Below are positions 20,143 through 28,572 of a DNA stretch of 64,000 nt, in pieces. The DNA is from a virus, in the IMG/VR virus record IMGVR_UViG_3300029309_000005, positions 1 to 64,000 of that record; one strand, given 5' to 3'. Made by a program: the position numbers and the translations under genes. The notes under the pieces were generated by a model. That model was not told where the DNA came from and searched no databases. It saw only the letters and a program-made list of their open reading frames with translations. The number at the start of each line of letters is the position of its first letter. The stretch's first letter is position 1.

Positions 20143-20621
20143 ATACTTTTGATACCGCTTGGGGGTTGCTCAAAGAGTTCCGTTTTGAAGGTGGCTTCCC
20201 AGGTATCTTATTAGCAGGTGCTTACAATCCAAAAACCGATACACCTTATGTCAATCTCGCTAGTCATGTTTCTGATTTCAAAAGACCTGCGGATTGGAAT
20301 CGAGATGGCGTTTCATATCCAGTGTTTCGAGATGATGAAGAATTAATGGAGAGGGTTCTGCGTATTCTTGCACATGAAAACATGCACCAAGCCCTTCATC
20401 CACCTTATACTGATGATTTATGGAATGAGGTTTCAATGTTTGGATTGAGCAGCAAAGATGTTGATGAGGCAGAGAGGAATCGACTTCAAGCCAAGATTGA
20501 TAATGACTGGGAAAGATTTCAAGAATATGGTGCGTGGAGTGCAACACCAGGAATTGATGAAGATGAGAAGTGGCGAATGCTACGACTCTATGGAATTTAT
20601 CCGAAGGAGGGAGAGCCATGA
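20139..20621 (+). CDS. leader-tagged zincin-like metalloprotease
   Basis: MNTFDTAWGLLK|; YVNL...RILAHENMHQAL...QEYGA (HExxH plus downstream E). Confidence 0.7.
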   Translation: MNTFDTAWGLLKEFRFEGGFPGILLAGAYNPKTDTPYVNLASHVSDFKRPADWNRDGVSYPVFRDDEELMERVLRILAHENMHQALHPPYTDDLWNEVSMFGLSSKDVDEAERNRLQAKIDNDWERFQEYGAWSATPGIDEDEKWRMLRLYGIYPKEGEP

Positions 20622-21205
20622 GTTCTTTTAATGTCGCTTGGGATTCCATTACAAAAATGCCTATTGTTCCTGGTTCAGTTTCAGAAGGAGTGCCAGATCC
20701 TAGAGCCAGATACGCAAAAAGTGGTTACAAGCAATATACGGCTTCATTTGAAGATCCTGTAACTGGTGAAATACTACCAATGTTGGCAAGACATGGCCCA
20801 AGTGACCTTCAGGTTACTATCAAAGACCCTAAAGAAGAAGTTATACTCTCGACTCTTGACCTTGACAGCCAATCCGATAACGCCTACCGAATAACATATG
20901 ATGATCAAGGTAACAAAAACCGTATGGAAGATTGGGAAATTTTGCCGCCCTACTATTCGGCAGGTTATGTAGAAACCCAAGATGACCGTCAAAGAAGGGG
21001 TTATGCTACGGCATTATATGACTTAGCAGCATACTTGTTAAGTCGAGGCCATCCAAACTACGAAGAACAATGGGGAGGCCAGCCACCGCTATCTATCGTT
21101 CCATCTGGCGACCAAGAAGAAGATGGTTTTTTGTTTTGGGAAAACGCATATAAGACTGGTAAAGTAACGGATGACGATACTTGGCGAGTGAGGGATGACT
21201 TATGA
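20618..21205 (+). CDS. leader-tagged GNAT-like acetyltransferase
   Basis: Start corrected to ATG 20618 (ATGA overlap): MSSFNVAWDSITK|MP; VETQDDRQRRGYATALYD...QEEDGFLFW. Confidence 0.7.
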   Translation: MSSFNVAWDSITKMPIVPGSVSEGVPDPRARYAKSGYKQYTASFEDPVTGEILPMLARHGPSDLQVTIKDPKEEVILSTLDLDSQSDNAYRITYDDQGNKNRMEDWEILPPYYSAGYVETQDDRQRRGYATALYDLAAYLLSRGHPNYEEQWGGQPPLSIVPSGDQEEDGFLFWENAYKTGKVTDDDTWRVRDDL

Positions 21206-22071
21206 TTAGGATTTTTGAGGTCGGCCCACGTGATGGTTTGCAGAATCTCCCCCATGTTCCATCCACAGAAGATAAAATCAAACTAATCCAATTACTGCGT
21301 GATGCAGGTCTTACTCGAATAGAAATTGCTTCATTCGTGCATCCAAAAGCAGTTCCAAACATGGCTGACGCTGAAGAAGTCTGCAAAGCGTTTGATAATA
21401 AAACTGGATTATCTGTGCTGGTTCCAAATAAGCGTGGTCTTGATCGAGCGATAGAATCTGGTATGGGCAACTTCAACATATTCTTTTCACCATCTGATAC
21501 TTTCAATGTAGCAAACTACGGTTTGAAGTTAGAACAGATATTAGAAGGATATGAAACGACTCTGCAAAATGTGTCTCCAGATATTGTTAGAGTGTATATA
21601 TCAGAGGCATTTGAAGCAAGTCAGGAGGAACTTACATTAGCGATACAACACGGTTTAAGGTTTGGAAATAGAATTGTGCTATGTGATACTAAAGGCACAG
21701 CCAAACCATTTGATATAGCAACTGGTATAGGAATCGCACAAGACTTCACACATGAAATATCATTACACCTTCATCATGGTCGCTACTTGATGAATAATGT
21801 GGCAACTGGATATGCAAACGGTGTGCGAGAGTTTGATTCGAGTATTGGCGGTCTTGGCGGTTGTCCGTTTGTTGAGAACTCTGGTGCTAATCTTGCTACT
21901 GAAGAATTAGTGAGATGGTGTAATAAGAGAGGAATAGATTGTGGAGTTAAACTATCTGATTTGAAGGCGGCACGTAAGTTAGCACATAAAATCAAAAATC
22001 CAACGCTTCGTATAGCAATAAAGAATAAGGTTAAGTCCACTAGGGATAGAATACGGGCGGGGTTATCATGA
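21202..22071 (+). CDS. hmgL: hydroxymethylglutaryl-CoA lyase (DRE-TIM)
   Basis: IFEVGPRDGLQN, IEIASFVHPKAVP.MAD, LVPNKRG, LCDT.G, HLHH, FDSSIGGLGGCPF, GANLATEEL. Confidence 0.9.
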   Translation: MIRIFEVGPRDGLQNLPHVPSTEDKIKLIQLLRDAGLTRIEIASFVHPKAVPNMADAEEVCKAFDNKTGLSVLVPNKRGLDRAIESGMGNFNIFFSPSDTFNVANYGLKLEQILEGYETTLQNVSPDIVRVYISEAFEASQEELTLAIQHGLRFGNRIVLCDTKGTAKPFDIATGIGIAQDFTHEISLHLHHGRYLMNNVATGYANGVREFDSSIGGLGGCPFVENSGANLATEELVRWCNKRGIDCGVKLSDLKAARKLAHKIKNPTLRIAIKNKVKSTRDRIRAGLS

Positions 22072-22754
22072 CGGCTTTTGACACCACTTGGGATTTGCTC
22101 AAGGATTTCTATTTTTCACCCAAGGACACGAAAATGAATGTCGTAAGACGTGATGACGGAAGCGTTCTTTCGTTTGCTGATCGGTTGGGAGAAATGCAGC
22201 CACCTATGATTGATGCCGATTATATGAGAAGGATTACAAGAGGATCTGATTTCAAACCTATTCCCTCGCCTTTTGTTGAGGGCAAGCACCAACCAGTTAT
22301 TTTGCCGAGAAATGTTGTGATGGAACATGACCCAGAAGAAGGAGGGTTTGCGCCAAGGCGAATTGATTCAATGCGAATGAGGGAAATGTATCGAGGCCAT
22401 GAAGGACTACCACACTATGTCGGAGTCAATTTATCAGCAATGCGTCAAGGCGAGGATGATTTAGATACGATATTAGAAACTTTGGCTCATGAACACGCTC
22501 ATGCAGCCATTGATGATGAGTTGATGCAGGTTTTGTATGATAGAATGGTGGAGGCTCAAAATTATGATGACGCTGAAAAAGCCTATCATCAGCACGTAGG
22601 GGCGCATGAAATCGGGGCATATAATCTCCAAAATCCAGGCGGAGAGGATGCTGCACGATCAGCCCGATTTAGCACAATACTTCATCCCAATTACAAATTA
22701 GCAAATCGGGGCAAGAGTCCACCGATGGCATACATTAGAGATAATCTAAAATAA
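22068..22754 (+). CDS. leader-tagged zincin-like metalloprotease (paralog of 20139 ORF)
   Basis: MTAFDTTWDLLK|; VGVNLS...ETLAHEHAHAAI...HEIGAY. Confidence 0.7.
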   Translation: MTAFDTTWDLLKDFYFSPKDTKMNVVRRDDGSVLSFADRLGEMQPPMIDADYMRRITRGSDFKPIPSPFVEGKHQPVILPRNVVMEHDPEEGGFAPRRIDSMRMREMYRGHEGLPHYVGVNLSAMRQGEDDLDTILETLAHEHAHAAIDDELMQVLYDRMVEAQNYDDAEKAYHQHVGAHEIGAYNLQNPGGEDAARSARFSTILHPNYKLANRGKSPPMAYIRDNLK

Positions 22755-22868
22755 TTTTTTTTGTGTAGTTTCAAAACTGGCTTAAAATAATGCCACATAG
22801 CCAAAAAGTGGCCTAATTTTTTTTTTCGATGGAATGGCTTTATTTCAGATAGCCACCTGCACATTAAT

Positions 22869-23438
22869 ATGGCATCGACATTTAACTCCGCTTGGAGTGT
22901 GATTAAGATGCCAGCCAAAGGATGGGAATGCCCTGAATGTAAGATGCCAATGATGGTCGAGGACACCAAAGGAAATCATCTTACTTGTATGAATTGTGGT
23001 GCAGTTGCTTTACAGCCTATTCGCAGAAGGAGAACAAGAGGAACGGGTGAAGCCTATGCTAGAACAAACCAAGCGTATGATGATTACAAACAATCCCAAC
23101 TTGACAATCGACCTAATGAGATAAAAGCATTAGAAGATGTGGGTGTAAATGTAGTCGATAAGCCAAAGAGATTGACTGAATATAATCCCGAACACATGTT
23201 TAATCCACTAGCAATGGCACTAAACGAGTTAGGTTTTGAATCGGTTCAAGAATTACTGCAAGAGTATGTAAAGTTGAAAGCCGTAACTAAAAACCAAGAT
23301 TTGCGAGATTTAGGACTATCTGACGAAGCAGATGAACTCGATCAGCAATGGATAGAATATATTTCAAACGCACATAATCAATTTGGTAGCCCATTTATGT
23401 CAGCAAAACGGGGGAGGCGATGGGATGACCCTGTTTGA
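22869..23438 (+). CDS. leader-tagged Zn-ribbon protein
   Basis: MASTFNSAWSVIK|MP; CPEC...LTCMNCG (TFIIB-like ribbon spacing). TTTATTT box ~30 nt upstream. Confidence 0.65.
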   Translation: MASTFNSAWSVIKMPAKGWECPECKMPMMVEDTKGNHLTCMNCGAVALQPIRRRRTRGTGEAYARTNQAYDDYKQSQLDNRPNEIKALEDVGVNVVDKPKRLTEYNPEHMFNPLAMALNELGFESVQELLQEYVKLKAVTKNQDLRDLGLSDEADELDQQWIEYISNAHNQFGSPFMSAKRGRRWDDPV

Positions 23439-24189
23439 TATTGCCTGGGCTTTGCTCAAAGAAGAAGGACAACGCAGGGATGTAAAGCCCCACGCATTAT
23501 CAGGACTTGCTGATCGTAAAACTATGTCTTTTGGAGAGGGTATTGATGATGCTAGGGCATTTTATCAACTACCATTAAGCACAATTACGAGTTACGGGAG
23601 TGACGCTAAACAAAGAATAGGGCCGAACCCTTCTAAACCCAATAATGAAAACGACTGGCAACAGGTCGGCCATATTCCTTTTATTGAGGGTTATGAGGCT
23701 GAAGGATATGGTGCTTATGAATCTGAAAGTAATGCTTTGAAAGACCTAATGAATGCTGCTGTGCCGCCCTCATTTGCTCAAGATGGTTTCTATCATCCTT
23801 ACTTACACGCTTTGGATTATGACACAAACGAATGGGTTACTCATTTAGGCGAAGATGCACCGCCCACTGGCGATTATGAGCGAATCTTCAGAGCAAAGGT
23901 AATTCAAGATGGTGGGCCACTTAGCCCTCATAATCCCATTTATCCAGATTGGGTTTGGACTAAAATTGAGAGAGAGCAAGATGAGGATGGCAAACATCAT
24001 TTGACATTATACACCGCAAAATACCCTTACAGTTTAGATGAATTATATGAAAATTTACGAGAAAACCCTGAACCTTACTTTGAGTCCGGTGCGATACAAG
24101 TTGATGACAACATACAAACAGGAGAGCCAATGAGTATCGCTTGGCAGTTGTTGAAGATGCGTATTCCTAATTTGCCAGAGGGGATTTAG
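23425..24189 (+). CDS. leader-tagged hypothetical protein with second leader copy near C-terminus
   Basis: Start corrected to ATG 23425 after GGAGG: MTLFDIAWALLK|; C-terminal TGEPMSIAWQLLK|MRIPNLPEGI. Confidence 0.65.
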   Translation: MTLFDIAWALLKEEGQRRDVKPHALSGLADRKTMSFGEGIDDARAFYQLPLSTITSYGSDAKQRIGPNPSKPNNENDWQQVGHIPFIEGYEAEGYGAYESESNALKDLMNAAVPPSFAQDGFYHPYLHALDYDTNEWVTHLGEDAPPTGDYERIFRAKVIQDGGPLSPHNPIYPDWVWTKIEREQDEDGKHHLTLYTAKYPYSLDELYENLRENPEPYFESGAIQVDDNIQTGEPMSIAWQLLKMRIPNLPEGI

Positions 24190-24381
24190 ATGATGTATCT
24201 TTGCCCAATGTGTCAATCCACTGAATTTGATACTGACACTATCATTATGCAAGGTAAGTGGAGTCGTCTAATCAATTACTCGAATAAGAAATATGATGCT
24301 GTTAGTTGTAAAAATTGTGGCTATACCATGCTTTTCAAACAGGATGCTAAGTTCAGCATAATGGAGGCGTTGATAGGATGA
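24190..24381 (+). CDS. small Zn-ribbon nucleic-acid-binding protein (DUF2082-like)
   Basis: CPMCQSTEFDTDTI...SRLINYSNKKYDAVSCKNCGYTMLF; no leader. Confidence 0.7.
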   Translation: MMYLCPMCQSTEFDTDTIIMQGKWSRLINYSNKKYDAVSCKNCGYTMLFKQDAKFSIMEALIG

Positions 24382-24806
24382 CAGCCTTCGACACCGCTTG
24401 GGGCTTGCTCAAAATGCCGTTTTTTGAAGATTTACCTCAAGTAACACAAGACGACATTACATACCTTATGCTGGAACGCAACCCACACATAGACGAACAA
24501 TACAAAAGGATTCACCCAAATTACCTCAAAAGGGATATGTTCGGAATGTTTTTGCCCGAAATCGAGCAGATGGAGATAAGTCGCTTGACGAATCAAAGAC
24601 CTGTTGAAAACACAAATGCAAAAACCATTGAACGCTACATCGAAATGCTCAATCAAGGAAGCCCTTCACCTCCGATCATTGTTTCGGGAAATCAATTTGT
24701 TGATGGAGGACACCGTTTGCATTCTCATAAACAGGTTGGATTGAAGAAGATACCAGCCATAAACATTGGAGATTTGTTGGAAAAACCATTGGGGGTTGCT
24801 GAATGA
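24378..24806 (+). CDS. leader-tagged ParB/Sulfiredoxin-like protein
   Basis: MTAFDTAWGLLK|MP; PPIIV...FVDGGHRL...GLKKIPA. Confidence 0.75.
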   Translation: MTAFDTAWGLLKMPFFEDLPQVTQDDITYLMLERNPHIDEQYKRIHPNYLKRDMFGMFLPEIEQMEISRLTNQRPVENTNAKTIERYIEMLNQGSPSPPIIVSGNQFVDGGHRLHSHKQVGLKKIPAINIGDLLEKPLGVAE

Positions 24807-25255
24807 CCGCCTTCGACACCGCTTGGGATTTGATGAAAGCCCCTTTTCATGGAACTACAACTGGCGTTCTTAAAAAAATAAGAAAACGAGGACTTCAACC
24901 AAAAAGGCCAGACGCTTTCACCAGCCCGTCTGTGTTTTTTTCACAAAGCCCTGAACAGGCGATAGCATTTGCCAATATCCGTTCCGACTTGACGAGAGGT
25001 AAGTATGGTGGCGATCCCGTTCTCCTTCATTTTCCTCTTTCAGCCGTTAAGAATCCGAATCAAGGTCTATTCCGACCAACACCCGAAGATGGAGATAATC
25101 AATGGACTAAACACCCCATTCCTGCAAGTGCAATAACAGAATACTACGGGCCGCCAAAACCCAAAGACAAAGAAAAATGGGATGAATGGCAAGACGCTAT
25201 CAATTCATGGAAAAAAGAAATGATGGAACGGTATGAACAGGGGGAGTTTGATTGA
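24803..25255 (+). CDS. leader-tagged ADP-ribosyltransferase-like (Tpt1/KptA-type HGT) protein
   Basis: MTAFDTAWDLMK|APFHGTT...IRKRGLQP...VFFSQSPEQAIAFA...PVLLHF...IPASAI. Confidence 0.7.
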   Translation: MTAFDTAWDLMKAPFHGTTTGVLKKIRKRGLQPKRPDAFTSPSVFFSQSPEQAIAFANIRSDLTRGKYGGDPVLLHFPLSAVKNPNQGLFRPTPEDGDNQWTKHPIPASAITEYYGPPKPKDKEKWDEWQDAINSWKKEMMERYEQGEFD

Positions 25256-25518
25256 CTGTCTTTGACATCGCTTGGGATTTAATGAAATCTATACCTATGG
25301 ATATTATGAATGACCCTTTGGTGTATGTTGCCCCCGATAACAGCCACCGTTTCGTTAGACAAGACCGTGATTTTCGTTCTTGGTTGTATGAAAATGGCTA
25401 TCCAGCCGATGATGATTTCCTTCAATTAGATTTCATGCAACAGATACAAGTTTTGTTTCATTACAGGGTTCAGCAAGGTGCTTCAAAGGAACAGTCGTTT
25501 ATGGAGGACAATGTATGA
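25252..25518 (+). CDS. leader-tagged hypothetical protein
   Basis: TTG start; MTVFDIAWDLMK|S. Confidence 0.65.
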   Translation: MTVFDIAWDLMKSIPMDIMNDPLVYVAPDNSHRFVRQDRDFRSWLYENGYPADDDFLQLDFMQQIQVLFHYRVQQGASKEQSFMEDNV

Positions 25519-26144
25519 CCGCCTTCGATCAGGCTTGGGGCTTGCTCAAAGCACCTTATCACGGAACTACGTCAGATCGTGTTGAAAGCATAATGCGTGA
25601 GGGATTGAAGCCGAGCGATTGGAAGTCAGGGAATCGTTTTGTTGGTGGCAAGGGTCAATATGAAGAAGGAAAGCCTGTGGTTTTTGCTACATCGTTTCCA
25701 AAATTGGCGTTGAAATATGCAAAGATGGGGGCAAATAGAGCCTCAAGGCGGAGGGCGCAAGATGAAGGCAGAATTACAGGGAACTGGACTACCGCAACAT
25801 CGGACAAAACCTTTGACTCAAAATCGGGTCGCCCTGTGATTATTGAGATTGATCCGTCTTTTCCGCTTAGGCACAACAAAGAATGGAATGCCTACAAATC
25901 AAATGTCGTCATTCCGCCTCAATTTTTGCGACTTGCTTTTGAAAGCGAGATAGCCCCAACTGAACCAATCACTTATGGTCGCATGGAGGCTATCGTTGAT
26001 GGAGAATATGAGCGCATGGATCCTCAACTGCCAAGAAGTGAAGTTAAACGAAGGTTGGCCTCATACGATGACGATCCAGATGAAACGGGATATTCGCCAG
26101 AATTGAGTCTTGAAGAAATTGAAAGGCGGGTGATGCGTGAATGA
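25515..26144 (+). CDS. leader-tagged ADP-ribosyltransferase-like (Tpt1/KptA-type HGT) protein
   Basis: MTAFDQAWGLLK|APYHGTT...SIMREGLKP...VFATSFPKLALKYA...PVIIEID...IPPQFL. Confidence 0.72.
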   Translation: MTAFDQAWGLLKAPYHGTTSDRVESIMREGLKPSDWKSGNRFVGGKGQYEEGKPVVFATSFPKLALKYAKMGANRASRRRAQDEGRITGNWTTATSDKTFDSKSGRPVIIEIDPSFPLRHNKEWNAYKSNVVIPPQFLRLAFESEIAPTEPITYGRMEAIVDGEYERMDPQLPRSEVKRRLASYDDDPDETGYSPELSLEEIERRVMRE

Positions 26145-26479
26145 CCGCCTTCGACACCGCTTGGTCTTTGTTGAAAGAAGGCTTGCCGTATTACGGGAAT
26201 TGTGTTAATGGTTTTGACGATGTGGAAGTTTTGCATTATATCATTGATAATTCAATTGAAACAACCTATGATGATTTAGCAAACAATGTATCGGCAAGTG
26301 ATTTAGCCGCATTAGAACAGGGGTTGGGATATGGCGAACATTTGCATATTGCAGACGATTATGCGGCTTCCTTTCATAAATTACCTTCTTTACCCCTCTT
26401 TTACATAGACCAAAGCGGGATTGAAAGGGTGTTTGCTGAACCAAGCACAATTGAACGGATAGAGAGGTTGGTTGAATGA
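26141..26479 (+). CDS. leader-tagged hypothetical acidic protein
   Basis: MTAFDTAWSLLK|E. Confidence 0.68.
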   Translation: MTAFDTAWSLLKEGLPYYGNCVNGFDDVEVLHYIIDNSIETTYDDLANNVSASDLAALEQGLGYGEHLHIADDYAASFHKLPSLPLFYIDQSGIERVFAEPSTIERIERLVE

Positions 26480-26895
26480 ACGCCTTCGACATCGCTTGGG
26501 CTATTGTAAAAATGCAAACAGGCCATAGACGCTTTTTTTCAAAAAAGGAGATTCAAGAAATTGCCGAGATGAACAGGCATTTGGCTTTGATGATTGATGA
26601 TGGTTCACTTGACCCAGATCCAAGCGTGAATTATCCCTCTCAATGCAGGGAGTGTTTTAGTGAAATCAATAACATTGTTGAGGGTATTCCAAATCATTGT
26701 AGTCGTTGTATTCATCCCTTTGTGGATAAGCGAATAAATGATGCGATGGGAATAGCAGGTCTATTTGGAGATGGTAAGCCATTTGATTTACAAGACGCAT
26801 TGCGGCAAGACAAAAATGAAATCAATCCTTTTGATGGTTCGGCAAGTGAAGTTGATTTTAGAATGTATGAAGATAGGATGCGTGGTTTAGAATGA
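26476..26895 (+). CDS. leader-tagged CxxC protein
   Basis: MNAFDIAWAIVK|M; CREC...CSRC. Confidence 0.68.
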   Translation: MNAFDIAWAIVKMQTGHRRFFSKKEIQEIAEMNRHLALMIDDGSLDPDPSVNYPSQCRECFSEINNIVEGIPNHCSRCIHPFVDKRINDAMGIAGLFGDGKPFDLQDALRQDKNEINPFDGSASEVDFRMYEDRMRGLE

Positions 26896-27626
26896 CCGCC
26901 TTCGACACCGCTTGGCAATTGATGAAAGCACCCATTGATGTTTATTCGGATCGTGGCCGAATAAGGGAGATTACTGATGATGAGATGTTGTATAGCGGTG
27001 GGGATTTTAGAGATGACCCACGCTATTATTCAAATGACCTTGATGTTGCTTTGCATTATGCTTTGTATGGTTCAGCCATTCCCTACGCTGATTTTAGAGG
27101 GCGAAGAAATACAGAAGGAAAATCCTCTCCACCAATGCGAAGAACAATACCGAGCATCAGAATCATTGACCCAAGCGATTTTGAAGAATACGAATACGCA
27201 ATGCAAGAAGATCCATATAGCCCTGGTATTGGTGTTATGGATGATGAGAATATGGGTGAACGTTTGTCGCATGATCGAGTTATTGAATTGCTTCAAGAAT
27301 ACATTGATGAAAGACGATATGAGGGGGTTATGGGCGGAACAACAGGCGAATTATTCACCCCTGAACAAAGAGGGCAACACGCAAAAGACGCTCTTAATCG
27401 TTTGAGGGCTTACAGGGATAATGAATCACTTGAGAGGTTTAACCCCAAACCACCAACCTATGAGATGGATGCCGATGTGTTTAGAACTGCCGAATACGAT
27501 GATTTCATGGAGGCACTTTCTTATGACGATAGCATGGTTGAAATGCTTGGCGAATGGGAGGATTTAGAGGATTGGCAACGAAAAGCAGCCAAAGAAGCGG
27601 GATATTCGGAGGATGATTGGATATGA
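26892..27626 (+). CDS. leader-tagged protein, possibly a divergent ART fold
   Basis: MTAFDTAWQLMK|AP; LYSGG...YYSNDLDVALHYA resembles ART strands 1-2 with the His replaced. Confidence 0.6.
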   Translation: MTAFDTAWQLMKAPIDVYSDRGRIREITDDEMLYSGGDFRDDPRYYSNDLDVALHYALYGSAIPYADFRGRRNTEGKSSPPMRRTIPSIRIIDPSDFEEYEYAMQEDPYSPGIGVMDDENMGERLSHDRVIELLQEYIDERRYEGVMGGTTGELFTPEQRGQHAKDALNRLRAYRDNESLERFNPKPPTYEMDADVFRTAEYDDFMEALSYDDSMVEMLGEWEDLEDWQRKAAKEAGYSEDDWI

Positions 27627-28369
27627 CCGCCTTCGACACCGCTTGGAATCTTGTCAAAGAATATACTCCAAATTGGAGAGATGTTGCTAGTAATTTGCCA
27701 GAACTTTCTATGAGTGAGCGTCAAAAGTTGTTAAGCGAGGATTCTATAATGGATGATATGATGGGGCAAGGTGGCTCATTAAGCACCTTTATTCATCCAA
27801 GTGATAGAAGATTTGTTGTTAAATTACCCCACATGCAACACTCTAAAGACAATTTAGCAAGCAGGTTTGGTGATTATGATGGAGATGGTTACTACATGAC
27901 TGAATTGTTAGAAAGTCTTGGTTTCCCCGTAGTATCTGAATTTAATGTAGATGATGAGTATATTATTCAGCCAATTCTCGAAACTCATGCTTATGGTGGG
28001 TTTGGTGAACTAGGGCGGCCAACTTTAGGAATTGCAGATATTCCAATGAATCATATATTTGGCGATAGAGTAAGTGCTAATTGGGGTCGTGATCAGACAG
28101 GGAATTGGCGTTTGTTTGATACTGATATGGGTATGCCTCCACCGTATGATTGGTGGCCTTCTTCATCAGCGAATCCAGGTCAAGCCTATCAAGAAAATCT
28201 TGACAAGTTCAACATTCAATTGCCAGCCTCTAGTGTTCTCGATATTTTGGATGAAATACCAAACGACATGGATGGTTTGAGGGCTGTAATGGAATCCATT
28301 GAACCATATTCGGACAATCCGCAATATGTAACGGTTGATAAAAAACCTGTGTGGAGAACAGGGTATTGA
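27623..28369 (+). CDS. leader-tagged protein-kinase-like (HipA/PI3K-type) protein
   Basis: Start at ATG 27623: MTAFDTAWNLVK|E; MGQGG (Gly loop), FVVKLP, GDRVSANWG (DRxxxN), RLFDTD. Confidence 0.6.
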   Translation: MTAFDTAWNLVKEYTPNWRDVASNLPELSMSERQKLLSEDSIMDDMMGQGGSLSTFIHPSDRRFVVKLPHMQHSKDNLASRFGDYDGDGYYMTELLESLGFPVVSEFNVDDEYIIQPILETHAYGGFGELGRPTLGIADIPMNHIFGDRVSANWGRDQTGNWRLFDTDMGMPPPYDWWPSSSANPGQAYQENLDKFNIQLPASSVLDILDEIPNDMDGLRAVMESIEPYSDNPQYVTVDKKPVWRTGY

Positions 28370-28384
28370 CTACTGGATGAAGAT

Positions 28385-28485
28385 AGGTGGCGAAGCAAAC
28401 AAGGTATTTATCGAATGCCCAAATATTCGATATGTTTTGTGAAAGTTAAAGCCTAAAATTGACAGGAGGTTGTTTGCTCGCCAGT
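28385..28485 (-). ncRNA. putative structured small RNA
   Basis: 28388-28402 TGGCGAAGCAAACAA pairs with 28470-28483 TTGTTTGCTCGCCA (one bulge); inner 8-bp hairpin 28409-28432; minus-strand TTTAATAA box at 28505-28512. Confidence 0.45.
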
Positions 28486-28572
28486 TATTGCTTTATTCCT
28501 TATCTTATTAAAGACTCTCCAACCACTTGTTAGTTTAGATAAGTTCTTATCTGGTAACTGTTTCCAACAATC

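Larger units (their letters stand above)
24803..27646 (+). repeat. four exact copies of 24-nt ATGACCGCCTTCGACACCGCTTGG at gene starts
   Basis: Copies at 24803, 26141, 26892, 27623; near-copies at 24378, 25515, 26476, 22068, 20139, 25252, 23425. Confidence 0.95.

Noticed and set aside
24378-27646. 24-nt repeats as a CRISPR array
   Set aside because: Spacing is 260-750 nt and irregular, each repeat is the start of an ORF, and no cas genes are present.
20139-28369. Integron cassette array or diversity-generating retroelement
   Set aside because: No integrase or reverse transcriptase in the window, no attC-like palindromes between genes (genes overlap), and no template/variable repeat pair.
20139-28369. 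Leader as Sec/Tat signal peptide or lipobox
   Set aside because: No hydrophobic h-region, twin-Arg or lipobox Cys; it contains Asp and also occurs internally.
20139-28369. Polymorphic toxin-immunity pairs
   Set aside because: Almost all neighbours carry the same leader; there is no alternating toxin/immunity pattern.
28385-28485. tRNA gene
   Set aside because: No cloverleaf, anticodon arm or canonical T-arm could be built; kept only as a generic ncRNA candidate. No tRNA or rRNA was recognised elsewhere by eye.
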